64,000 nt of DNA from Mycobacterium sp. (lineage in GTDB: Bacteria > Actinomycetota > Actinomycetes > Mycobacteriales > Mycobacteriaceae): positions 4,617 through 68,616 of the forward strand of contig NZ_DATFZD010000137.1 of NCBI RefSeq assembly GCF_035314665.1, written 5' to 3'. The notes beneath the pieces are model-generated. The model was not told the DNA's origin, searched no databases, and was given only the letters and a program-made list of their open reading frames with translations. Positions 1 through 8,944 of the stretch are shown one piece after another; within the stretch, counting starts at the first letter, position 1; each line of letters starts with the position of its first letter. The position numbers and the translations under genes were made by a program.

Positions 1-193
1 CTGAGACAATCCGGCCTGAAGCTCAGATGAAGCTCAGCCGTCGCGACCCGTCCGAAGACCAGCTGCCGGTGCTGCAAGGCGCCCCGGCGGCCCCGCCGCG
101 GTGCCTATACTCCGACCTGGCGGGTAACGGGATTCTCTCTGCAGGAGAAGCCGTTCTCGCCCATGCGACGATGCAGTGGGAGGCGGGTCGGAC

Positions 194-979
194 GTGACAG
201 GAGCCTGTGTCGGCAAAGTCGCTCTGGTCACGGGCGCCAGCCGCGGCTTGGGGAAGGCGATCGCTGCGCGATTGGCCGCCGAAGGCGCCACGGTCGGGCT
301 TACCGCGCGCACCATGGAACCCGATCCCAAATACCAGGGTTCGCTTCGGCAAACGCTCGAGGAGATCACCGCCGCCGGCGGCGCGGCGATCGCGATTCAA
401 GCCGACCTGTCAAAGCCGGAGGACCGGGAGCGACTCATCGCCGAGATGGTCGAACGCGTTGGTGCGCCGGACATTCTGGTCAACAACGCCGCCGTGACGT
501 TTCTGCGTCCCCTCGACGAATTCCCGGAACGGCGCATGCGGCTGATGATCGAAATGCATGTGCTGGCGCCAATGCATCTGACTCAACTGGCCATCCCCGC
601 CATGCGCGAACGCGGCCGCGGGTGGGTGCTCAACGTCACCTCGGTCGGCGGCGATCTGCCCGAGGGTCCGCCGTTCTCGGAGTTTGATCGCGTGGCCGGA
701 TTCGGGGTCTATGGCACGGTGAAGGCGGCCCTGAACCGGCTCACCAAAAGCCTTGCGGCCGAACTGTATGACGATGGCATCGCGGTGAACGCCGCCGCCC
801 CCTCCAACCCGGTCGCCACCCCGGGCGCGGGCACGCTCGACTTGGCGAAGACCGACACCGAGGACATCGAGCTCATCACCCAGACCGCGCTGACGCTGTG
901 CACCGGCGACCCTAAGTCGATGACGGGCCGGATCGCGCACACGCAGCCGTTTCTGCGTGAGATCGGATGGTTGCGCTGA
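194..979 (+). CDS. SDR family NAD(P)-dependent oxidoreductase
   Basis: TGASRGLG Rossmann motif, NNAA, YGTVK catalytic YxxxK. GTG at 194 follows GGGAGG. Confidence 0.9.
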   Translation: MTGACVGKVALVTGASRGLGKAIAARLAAEGATVGLTARTMEPDPKYQGSLRQTLEEITAAGGAAIAIQADLSKPEDRERLIAEMVERVGAPDILVNNAAVTFLRPLDEFPERRMRLMIEMHVLAPMHLTQLAIPAMRERGRGWVLNVTSVGGDLPEGPPFSEFDRVAGFGVYGTVKAALNRLTKSLAAELYDDGIAVNAAAPSNPVATPGAGTLDLAKTDTEDIELITQTALTLCTGDPKSMTGRIAHTQPFLREIGWLR

Positions 980-1950
980 GCGACCCGCTGCTGGTTCAGC
1001 TCGCTGAGCGGCTTGCGTCACGTGATGTTTCGGCGCTGGCGCCGCTGCCGGGCGGTGCGTCAAGCCTGACCTATGTGGGCAGGTGTTCCGACCGGCCGGT
1101 GGTCGTCAAGGTGGCGCCGCCCGGGGTTCGGCCGATCGCGCACCGCGATGTGTTGCGGCAAGCCCGGGTCATCCGGGCGCTCGCGCCGACACCCGTACCT
1201 GTTCCGCAGTTGCTTTTCGACGACCCGGGCGACCCACCCGACGTGCCGCCGTTGTTCGTGATGTCGCGCGTGGACGGGACCACCTGCGAGCCGCTGTTCG
1301 ATGACGCCGATGCCGGACCGAAAGCCGTTGTCACTGAGCGTTTTCGGAACGCCGCTGCCGCCATGGCCCAGCTGCATCGCGTCGAGCCCGGCGCCGTGGG
1401 CCTGGGGTCCGAGCCGGTGATCGGGCCGTCCGCGGAAGTACAGCGGTGGTGTCACACTCTGGAGACCGTCGATCCCGCGCTGGCACCGGGGTGGCGCGAG
1501 GTCGCCGCCGCTCTCGAATCCAGCACGCCACCGGCCCTGCGGCCTGCCATCGTGCACGGCGACTTTCGGCTCGGCAACCTGCTGGCTGTCGACGACCGCA
1601 TCACCGCCGTCATCGACTGGGAAATCTGGTCGGTCGGCGATCCGCGCGTCGACGCCGGATGGTTTCTGATCAACTGCGACCCGACGACCTACCGTCGGTC
1701 CGCGCGGGCCGCGAGATACATCCGCGCGACTCCGCCGTTGTCGGAACTGGCAGCGATCTACCGCGAAGAGCTGGGACGCGATGTGCCGGAACTGGATTGG
1801 TTCCAGGCGCTGGCCTGCTTCAAGTCCGCGGCGACGTGGTCACTGATCGTCAAGCACAACCGGCGGCGCCACTCGCCGGATCCAGACTTGGAGGCGATGG
1901 GTTTGGCGTTGCCGTGGCTGCTCTTGCGAGCCCGCGAATTGCTCGGTTGA
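967..1950 (+). CDS. APH/choline-kinase-family phosphotransferase (LvaA/ACAD10-11 kinase-like)
   Basis: HGDFRLGN Brenner motif, VIDWE, GDPRVD. Overlaps the SDR stop. Confidence 0.88.
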   Translation: MVALSDPLLVQLAERLASRDVSALAPLPGGASSLTYVGRCSDRPVVVKVAPPGVRPIAHRDVLRQARVIRALAPTPVPVPQLLFDDPGDPPDVPPLFVMSRVDGTTCEPLFDDADAGPKAVVTERFRNAAAAMAQLHRVEPGAVGLGSEPVIGPSAEVQRWCHTLETVDPALAPGWREVAAALESSTPPALRPAIVHGDFRLGNLLAVDDRITAVIDWEIWSVGDPRVDAGWFLINCDPTTYRRSARAARYIRATPPLSELAAIYREELGRDVPELDWFQALACFKSAATWSLIVKHNRRRHSPDPDLEAMGLALPWLLLRARELLG

Positions 1951-1979
1951 CTGCGAGGAACGCCGGCGAGATTGGCCTT

Positions 1980-2192
1980 CTAGGGCTGACCTGGGCCAGA
2001 CTTCAGATCAGACAAGCCTTGCTGGATTCCCTGGCTGATCTGGTCTTGGATGGACGGGCCGGCTTGCGGGGCCGGCGCCTGGCAGGAGCAGGCGATGTTG
2101 TTGAACGTGGTGGGATCAGCAAGCGCGGGCGCCGCTAGTCCTAGACCGACGAGGGCGGCGATGGCGCCGGTGGCGAGCGCTTTGATGATCAT
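1980..2192 (-). CDS. Small secreted hypothetical protein (70 aa, CxC motif)
   Basis: Hydrophobic signal peptide ending ALA-DP; GGAG upstream; mycobacterial 'FNxxxCSC' type. Confidence 0.65.
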   Translation of the reverse strand: MIIKALATGAIAALVGLGLAAPALADPTTFNNIACSCQAPAPQAGPSIQDQISQGIQQGLSDLKSGPGQP

Positions 2193-2265
2193 TGTGTGGT
2201 TCTCCCGATAGACCTAATCCGATGATACCCGCTGGCGCCGCACTTGGGTTGCTGCTGATCCGCTG

Positions 2266-2637
2266 TCAACTTGCCGAGGAATAGTACGGGCAGTAGGCAC
2301 CGATGCTGGCGCCGACGAAGTATCCGGCATGGTAGGGGTCGAGGTCGCTGTTGTTGATCACGTCCTGGGCGACTTGGCCCGGGGTCTCGCCCTGATCAAG
2401 CTCAGAGCAGACCAAATGACCGGCAGCGATGGCCGCATCCCCCGACTGGTAGGTAATGCCCTTGGCCTGCAGTGCCGCCAGAAAATCGTCGTCGTTAGGG
2501 TGAGCGCGAGCGGTCGGAGCCGCGGCTCCGAGGGGTCCCAGTAACGCCAGCATCGCTAGCGTCGCGGCCATGACCAACGTGCGGACACCCCGACGTGTGA
2601 GCACCCGATCCATCGCTCGGGTGTAGGCCATTGTCAT
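2266..2637 (-). CDS. DUF732 domain secreted protein
   Basis: Signal peptide, DDDFLAAL...GHLVC...FVGASIGAYCP two-Cys pattern. Start uncertain. Confidence 0.8.
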   Translation of the reverse strand: MTMAYTRAMDRVLTRRGVRTLVMAATLAMLALLGPLGAAAPTARAHPNDDDFLAALQAKGITYQSGDAAIAAGHLVCSELDQGETPGQVAQDVINNSDLDPYHAGYFVGASIGAYCPYYSSAS

Positions 2638-2806
2638 GCCTGAGCCCTTCTATTCAGCAGAGGCGTTGCGCACAGCTAATGTCAAAGTAACCCGTGGCAA
2701 TGACCGCGATGGTCGCATTCTTCAACATGGGTTTAGCCCTCACGACGCCCAACAGCGGCCGTTCTTGCGCGAGATCGGATGGCTGCGCCGAGGATTCGCT
2801 GCTGGG

Positions 2807-4105
2807 CTAGCCGCGCGGAATGCCCGCGAGCTTATCGGCGAACTTGGCTTCCGCGGCCTCGCGTAACCGCAGCAAGTGCTCGGAGGGGAAGATGTCGGGC
2901 GCAGGCTTGTGGTCTTTGAGCAGCAGCCGCGCCAGAGTGACTTTGTGGACCTCGGTCGGCCCGTCGGCCAGTCCGAGCACGAAGGACTCCACCATGTGCT
3001 GGACGAACGGCATCTCGTGTGTGACACCCAGTGATCCGTGCAGCTGCAGCGCACGGGCCGACACGTCGTGCAATACCTTCTGCATCATCGCCTTGACCGC
3101 CGAGATGTCGGCCCGAACGGCCTTGTAGTCGTTGTGCTGGTCGATCTTCCACGCTGTCTGCAACGTCAACAGCCGGAACGCTTCGATCTCCATCCACGAA
3201 TCAGCGACCATCTGCTGGACGAGTTGCTTATCGCCTAGCATGTCGCCTTGGGTGTGCCGGGAAACCGCGCGCTCGCAAAGCATGTCGAAGATCCGCCGAA
3301 CCAGGCCGACCGTCCGCATCGCGTGGTGGATGCGGCCACCGCCGAGCCGGGTCTGAGCCACCACGAAGGCGCCACCTCGCGGCCCGAGCATGTGATCGCT
3401 CGGAACCCGGACATTCTCGTATCGCACGTATCCTTCACGTCCTCCGCCGCCGAGCGGCTGGTAGCCAAGACCGACGTCGCGTAAGACGTTGATACCGGGC
3501 GTTTCAGCGGGGACGACGAACATCGAATGGCGTTGGTACGGCGATGCATCCGGATCCGTCACGGCCATCACAATCAAAAACGACGCGATGGAGGCGAATG
3601 ACGAGAACCATTTCTCGCCGTTGATGACCCAATGATCGCCGTCCTGCACCGCGGAGGTGGTGAAGACTTTCGGGTCCGCACCGCCCTGCGGCTCGGTCAT
3701 CGAGAAGCACGACACGATCCGGTTGTCCAGCAGCGGCTCCAGGTAACGCTGCTTGAGCTCCGGAGTGCCGTAGTGGGCCAGGATCTCGCTGTTGCCGGAA
3801 TCCGGGGCCTGCGAGCCGAACACGATCGGCGCACATTCCGAACGGCCGAGGATCTCGTTGAGCAACGCCAGCTTCACCTGGCCGTGTCCGGGTCCGCCCA
3901 GGTGCGGACCCAGATGAGTGGCCCACAGCCCACGCTCCTTGATGATGTGCTGCAGCGGAGGAATCAGCGCCTGGCGCACCGGGTCGTTGAGATCGTGAGA
4001 TTCCTTGACGATCAGATCGATTGGCTCACACTCTGCGCGGACGAACTCGTCAACCCAGGCGAGTTGTGCGGCCCATTCAGCGTCGGTCGAGAAATCCCAG
4101 GCCAC
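2807..4105 (-). CDS. Acyl-CoA dehydrogenase (FadE1/FadE2, ACAD10/11-like clade)
   Basis: APDSGNSEIL, FSMTEP, GEKWFSS, RLGGGRIHHAMR and ADGPTEVH motifs. Confidence 0.92.
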   Translation of the reverse strand: MAWDFSTDAEWAAQLAWVDEFVRAECEPIDLIVKESHDLNDPVRQALIPPLQHIIKERGLWATHLGPHLGGPGHGQVKLALLNEILGRSECAPIVFGSQAPDSGNSEILAHYGTPELKQRYLEPLLDNRIVSCFSMTEPQGGADPKVFTTSAVQDGDHWVINGEKWFSSFASIASFLIVMAVTDPDASPYQRHSMFVVPAETPGINVLRDVGLGYQPLGGGGREGYVRYENVRVPSDHMLGPRGGAFVVAQTRLGGGRIHHAMRTVGLVRRIFDMLCERAVSRHTQGDMLGDKQLVQQMVADSWMEIEAFRLLTLQTAWKIDQHNDYKAVRADISAVKAMMQKVLHDVSARALQLHGSLGVTHEMPFVQHMVESFVLGLADGPTEVHKVTLARLLLKDHKPAPDIFPSEHLLRLREAAEAKFADKLAGIPRG

Positions 4106-4123
4106 CGGCCGTCCCTTCGCTAC

Positions 4124-4909
4124 TCATGTTGATGACCACTTTTGTCTACGGGCTGCGGCTTCCTCGGTGGCGTGGCTGAGCACCTGGTTGCGGTTCTCGA
4201 GTTCGATGGCCGCTTGCAGCCCCGGGGCGTCGGTGTTGACCTGCAGCGCCCGTTTGGTCAGCTGCACACCCAGTGGCGCGAGTTCGGATATCCGAGCGGC
4301 TATTTCGAGTGCCCGCTCGGACAGCAACGCGGGCTCCACCAGCTCGCTGACCAATCCTCGGCGGTCGGCTTCCTCGGCCGAGACTATGCGGCCGGTCAGC
4401 GTCCAGTCGGCGGCGACGCTGGCGCCGACGATGCGCGGCAGAAAGTAGCTCATGCCCATCTCGGCACCGGACAGCCCGAGCAGGATCGCAGCGTTCCCGA
4501 ATGTCGCTGCGGTCGAGCAGATTCTGATGTCGGCACCCAGACACAATGCCAGGCCCGCGCCGACGCAGGGACCGTTCACCGCGGCGATCACCGGCTGCGG
4601 AATATCACGAACCGCCTGCGGCAGCGCGGCCATCCTCTCCTGGAAGCGCAGGCGGTCGATCGCTGGCGCTGCCGCCTCGGGTAAATCCGGGCCGAAGTCG
4701 CGCATGTCTATGCCGGAGCAAAACCCGCGCCCAGCGCCGGTTATCACGACTGCGTTGACGGACGTGTCCGTGGCCAGGGCGGCCAAAGCTTCTTTGAGCT
4801 CGCCGACCATGACGTCGTTGATTGCGTTGAGCCGATCGGGTCGGTTGAGCTGCAACACCATCACGCCGGCGTGCGGTGTCTGCACGCTCAGTGTCTCGTT
4901 CGCCGTCAA
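4124..4909 (-). CDS. Enoyl-CoA hydratase/isomerase
   Basis: LNRPDRLNA, GRGFCSGID, AAVNGPCVGAG crotonase motifs. TTG start. Confidence 0.88.
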   Translation of the reverse strand: MTANETLSVQTPHAGVMVLQLNRPDRLNAINDVMVGELKEALAALATDTSVNAVVITGAGRGFCSGIDMRDFGPDLPEAAAPAIDRLRFQERMAALPQAVRDIPQPVIAAVNGPCVGAGLALCLGADIRICSTAATFGNAAILLGLSGAEMGMSYFLPRIVGASVAADWTLTGRIVSAEEADRRGLVSELVEPALLSERALEIAARISELAPLGVQLTKRALQVNTDAPGLQAAIELENRNQVLSHATEEAAARRQKWSST

Positions 4910-4974
4910 TCGAGCGCCCTTCGTCGCGAGCCCGACCCGCCGCGCCTCGGATGAGATGCGAGTTTGCGGATGAG

Positions 4975-4989
4975 GAGAATGCTATTCTT
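4975..4989. promoter_or_regulatory. Candidate operator GAGAATGCTATTCTT overlapping a minus-strand -10 (TAGCAT)
   Basis: Same palindrome occurs at 8887 and 16712. Minus-strand TTGCGT-N18-TAGCAT promoter-like spacing. Confidence 0.55.
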
Positions 4990-5012
4990 CCGCGCCGCAT
5001 TGACGCAATCTG

Positions 5013-5816
5013 CTAGACGAAGTCCGAGCCGCCGTCGACGTTGACCGTTGCGCCGGTGATGTAGCCGTTGCGCTGTGATGCCAGATAAGCGGTGATCGAG
5101 GCGATCTCCTCCGGAAGCCCCGCGCGGCCCAGATCGCACGGCTGGTGGAAGTTGTTGTCGATCCAGGTCATCACGTCATGTGGGTCGGTGGCATCGAGAC
5201 CGTCGGCGGCCAGAATATCCTTGAGTTGTTCGGTGAAACTCGCGGTCACGATGGTGCCCGGGCACACGCAGTTGACCAGAATGCCGTCCTTGGCAAGGCT
5301 TTTCGACAGGTTCTTGGTGACGCTGGACAGTGCTGCCTTCGATGCAGTGTAGGCGACGATGCGCGGATTCTGCCGCTGAATGGAGTGCGCGGACAGCGTC
5401 ACGATGCGGGCCCAGTCTGCGGCGCGCAGCATCGGCAACGCCGCGCGAATCGAACGGACGCCCGACATGGTGCCAAGCGTGAACGCGGCGTCCCATTCGG
5501 TGTCGTCCATCTGCTCGAAGTACCCGTCGCCCGGGCCGATGGTGTGAACCAGGCTGTTCAGTTGACCCCAACGGTCGGACACCGCGGAAAAACCGTGCGC
5601 GATCGACGCGGCGTCGGCCATGTCCACGCTGATGCCGACGGCGTCGGGGGCGCCGGCCGTTCGCAGCGATTCGACCGCGGCATCCAAAGCCGCCCTGTTT
5701 CTTGCCATCACCGCGACGTTGGCCCCTTCGGCGGCCAAGGTTTGGGCGATCGCCAGCCCCATGCCCTTACTGCCGCCGGTGACGACGGCTCTCGATCCGG
5801 CCAAACCCAGGTCCAT
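5013..5816 (-). CDS. SDR family oxidoreductase
   Basis: TGGSKGMG, YTASK, ITGATVNVDGG. Confidence 0.9.
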   Translation of the reverse strand: MDLGLAGSRAVVTGGSKGMGLAIAQTLAAEGANVAVMARNRAALDAAVESLRTAGAPDAVGISVDMADAASIAHGFSAVSDRWGQLNSLVHTIGPGDGYFEQMDDTEWDAAFTLGTMSGVRSIRAALPMLRAADWARIVTLSAHSIQRQNPRIVAYTASKAALSSVTKNLSKSLAKDGILVNCVCPGTIVTASFTEQLKDILAADGLDATDPHDVMTWIDNNFHQPCDLGRAGLPEEIASITAYLASQRNGYITGATVNVDGGSDFV

Positions 5817-5825
5817 CGTGCCTCC

Positions 5826-6482
5826 TTAGCATCGGTCGCGCGCGGTGATGTCCGCGATCGCTTCGGGTGTCACGCCGAGTCCGCGCAAGCAGAAGCGGAG
5901 GGTACGTTGACGGACATCCGCGCGTTCGCAATCGCCTGTGGTCCATTGCCGTTCAGTGCTCGTCCACACCACTCCCTGGATGGACTGCGCATCTGTCACC
6001 GGATCGATGTTGTGAAAGACGGCGTCAACCAGACCGCGTTGCAGTTGTTCGACGAGCGGCTTGAGCATCTCGGCGTACGCGGGCTGAATCAGGCCGGGGG
6101 AGGCGAACATCTGCGACTGGGCCTCCAAAGACAAGCCGCGCAGATCAGACTTGGTGGTCTCGTCGAACGCAAGGTCGAGGCGTCCGTCGATCCAGGCGGC
6201 TACCGCCTCGACTGGGTTAGTGGCCTTCGCCATTTTCCTTCGCAGTCGCCGCTTTTCGGCGCGGGCCATCTCGAGGAAGATCTCGGCAACCAGTTGGTCC
6301 TTCGATTCGAAATGCCGATAGAAGGCGCGGGTGCTCAGCTCGGAGCGGTCGAGCACAACCGCGATGCTGAGTCCCCGAACACCTCGTTCACGAATGATTT
6401 CCGACGCGGCGACCATGATGGCGCGGCGCACGTCGGGGTCGGGAGCGAGCTTGTTTCGTCGCCGGGTGAGTGGGCGGGTCAT
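5826..6482 (-). CDS. TetR/AcrR family transcriptional regulator
   Basis: N-terminal HTH ending LSTRAFYRHFESKDQL. Confidence 0.9.
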   Translation of the reverse strand: MTRPLTRRRNKLAPDPDVRRAIMVAASEIIRERGVRGLSIAVVLDRSELSTRAFYRHFESKDQLVAEIFLEMARAEKRRLRRKMAKATNPVEAVAAWIDGRLDLAFDETTKSDLRGLSLEAQSQMFASPGLIQPAYAEMLKPLVEQLQRGLVDAVFHNIDPVTDAQSIQGVVWTSTERQWTTGDCERADVRQRTLRFCLRGLGVTPEAIADITARDRC

Positions 6483-7624
6483 GCGGTCGCGTCGTAGGTG
6501 GCGAGGTATTCCGCGAACCGTTCGCGGACGCCCTCGGGCGTCAGCCCGTAGTCGGCCAGATCGTAGTCATGCGAGCCACGCGACCCGGGTCTGTGTTCGC
6601 CGGCCCATTGCTCGACGGAACGCGCGGTGGCGTCGGAAAACGTCAAGCCTAACGACGTGTAACTCGCCCGCAATGTTCGCACCGGGTCTTGCTGAAGGTC
6701 CGCGAAGGCCACGTCAGAAAACCGTTCGTCACCAATACGTTTGCGAAAGTCCATCGCCCGCCGAACAGCCTCGGCCCAGCTGTCGAGTTGCTCTGCGCCC
6801 AGTTCCCCCGGGTCATCATGGTCGCTGCTCCAGCTGCGTACGTATCGAATGAGGCTGCACACCGAACCGATGACCTTGGCGGGATCGCGGTGGCTCCACA
6901 TGAATTTCGCGTTGGGATACGCCTCGATGAGGGCGTCGAGAGCAAACATGTGGACCGGAGTCTTCAGGTGCCACAGGGTCGGTGGGCAATGCCACTGCAG
7001 CAGCTTCAGCACCCGACGATGAAAGGTGTAAGTCTCGCGCATATCGCAGTGCATCAGCCACGCCAGGTAACTCGGGACGCGCACGGCGCCGTCGAAATGA
7101 AAGGTACGAAAACTCATGCCCATAAGATCCTGACATTCGGTCGCGGCAGTCGCCTCGGAGTTATGGAGCGTCTTCATCAACGGAAACATCTCGTCCAGCA
7201 TTTTCAGGCCTTCTTCGGCCTGAGCGATACGTGGATCGGTGTCTTGGGTTGCGGCCTCCGGCGGCGGGGTCGGAGCCTGCGATTCCCACATCCGCAATGA
7301 CCGAAACTGCGGGTCGGCGGCGACCAGCTGGCTCAGCGCCGTGGTCCCGGTGCGGGGTAGCCCGATGACAAATACCGGGCCGTCGACCACCTCGTCGTCG
7401 ATTTCAGGGTGCTGCGCGTAGGTGGCCTCGACCTTGAGGCGCTGGATCAGCGCGTTGCTGATCGTGGCGTGCTGGATGATCCGGCCCATCTCGGACAGCT
7501 CCGCCTCGTTGTTCAGCGCATCAACCGTGCGTTGCAGGCCCTCCCGGTAGTACGGCGACCCGAAGTCGCGCAAACCCGTTGCGGCGCAGGCGCCGTCTTC
7601 AAGCTCGTCAGCGGAGAACGTCAT
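6479..7624 (-). CDS. Sulfotransferase family protein
   Basis: 5'-PSB loop GLPRTGTTAL, LKTP and HRDP motifs. ATG at 7624 overlaps the upstream stop. Confidence 0.88.
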   Translation of the reverse strand: MTFSADELEDGACAATGLRDFGSPYYREGLQRTVDALNNEAELSEMGRIIQHATISNALIQRLKVEATYAQHPEIDDEVVDGPVFVIGLPRTGTTALSQLVAADPQFRSLRMWESQAPTPPPEAATQDTDPRIAQAEEGLKMLDEMFPLMKTLHNSEATAATECQDLMGMSFRTFHFDGAVRVPSYLAWLMHCDMRETYTFHRRVLKLLQWHCPPTLWHLKTPVHMFALDALIEAYPNAKFMWSHRDPAKVIGSVCSLIRYVRSWSSDHDDPGELGAEQLDSWAEAVRRAMDFRKRIGDERFSDVAFADLQQDPVRTLRASYTSLGLTFSDATARSVEQWAGEHRPGSRGSHDYDLADYGLTPEGVRERFAEYLATYDATA

Positions 7625-8847
7625 AGCGCGAACCTTTCGTGCACGGCGCGCCGGCGCCGCTCGAGGACCGATGCCCGTTCGTCGGCGGTGATCCTTGAAG
7701 TGTCGGCAGGCAACGCGGACGCGATCTCGTCGAACGACACGACTCGCGCGTTCGGGGTGGGCGCGGTGGTGGTGCGTACGCAGCGCAGAATCATCGCGCC
7801 GTTGCTGAATCCCGCGGTGTCCAGCCAATTCGCCACCCCGGGATCGCGGCCGCACAGCACCACCCGCACCAGCCCATCAGAGTCCACGACGGCCTGATGC
7901 GCGTTCAGGCTGGACTGGCGGCGACCGTAGTGAATCGTTTCCCACCACGGATTGCCGAGCGAGAAGCTCCAGTAAACCCCCTGGGGCGGTTCGACTTCCA
8001 GGATCAGCGCCTCATCCGGGCCGAGTTCCCAACGCCCGATGACGGGCTTGTTCTCCGCGGCCGCGCCCATTGCCGTGCGGTCGATCGGGGGCAAAAAGCC
8101 ATTGGCTGGGGCTGCCGCGCCGAACTGCAGAAAGAACTCGAGATTGTCGTGAACGAAGTCGCCGAGGGCGGCCAGCTGCCGTGACACCACGTGGTCGGGA
8201 TCGATCGTGGGAACTTTGCGGTGCGCCCGATCGCCGATGCGTTCGATCCGCAACGACGATGGCACCTCGGTATCCCAGTCGTAGAAGAAGTGCCGCACGG
8301 TCAATGTCGGGTGGTCGCCCTCGATCCGCATCCAGTTGCCGTCGTGCTCCTGCGCGGACAACACCACCTCGAAGTTGCCGTCGCCGTCGGGTTCGAGTTC
8401 GTCGACCAAGGCATTCGCGGTCGAGGCGATGCCGTTCATCGTCTGCAGTCCCACATAGCGGGCGGTGCCACGGTTACCGAACAGCCGATAGCTTTCACCG
8501 CCGCGCAGCTTGGCGCCGGTATACAGGCAGTCCGGGCACTCCATTCCCCAGCTCACGAGGTCGGTAGTGCTTGCGCGCTGGACGCACAGGATCGGATCGG
8601 GATCGAAGCGCAACGCCTCATCGATACCGGCGGCCAGCAGCACCAGCAGGTGCCGCATCCCTGCCGCGAGATCGACCCGATTTCGGCTTGCCGGATCGGA
8701 TCCGACGGTCTGGGCCCCGCTCTCAAGCCGGCGCAGCAGATGCGACCACGCCGCAGCCAGGTCGACGTCGCCGTTCGGCGGTGTCTCGGTAGCCGCCTCC
8801 GCAATCGAGTGCGGCAACCACGCCATCGGCCGCTGTGCGGCGGTCAC
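7621..8847 (-). CDS. DUF1214 domain protein (sulfotransferase partner)
   Basis: CPDCLY...YRLFGNRG and SSLN...DPGVANWLDTAG patterns. Coupled to the sulfotransferase. Confidence 0.8.
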   Translation of the reverse strand: MTAAQRPMAWLPHSIAEAATETPPNGDVDLAAAWSHLLRRLESGAQTVGSDPASRNRVDLAAGMRHLLVLLAAGIDEALRFDPDPILCVQRASTTDLVSWGMECPDCLYTGAKLRGGESYRLFGNRGTARYVGLQTMNGIASTANALVDELEPDGDGNFEVVLSAQEHDGNWMRIEGDHPTLTVRHFFYDWDTEVPSSLRIERIGDRAHRKVPTIDPDHVVSRQLAALGDFVHDNLEFFLQFGAAAPANGFLPPIDRTAMGAAAENKPVIGRWELGPDEALILEVEPPQGVYWSFSLGNPWWETIHYGRRQSSLNAHQAVVDSDGLVRVVLCGRDPGVANWLDTAGFSNGAMILRCVRTTTAPTPNARVVSFDEIASALPADTSRITADERASVLERRRRAVHERFAL

Positions 8848-8886
8848 ATTGCCACTGCCTGTGCGTACATATGGGGACCTTTAACT

Positions 8887-8901
8887 GAGAACATTGTTTT
8901 C
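8887..8901. promoter_or_regulatory. Candidate operator GAGAACATTGTTTTC in a divergent promoter
   Basis: Near-perfect match to GAGAA-N5-TTCTC, lying between divergent genes. Confidence 0.5.
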
Positions 8902-8944
8902 GCTTAACGCTAGATCACTATCACAGCGGGCCCGCGAGATGTCA

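Noticed and set aside
1-120. Possible 5' end of a divergent minus-strand gene (TTG CAG CAC..., MQHRQLVFGR)
   Set aside because: Too short at the window edge to support a call.
5145-6497. 450-aa plus-strand ORF, and similar long antisense ORFs (23951-25207, 25749-26915, 29622-30602, 39403-40671, 43998-45038)
   Set aside because: Shadow frames opposite well-supported genes. Expected in high-GC DNA, with no recognisable motifs.
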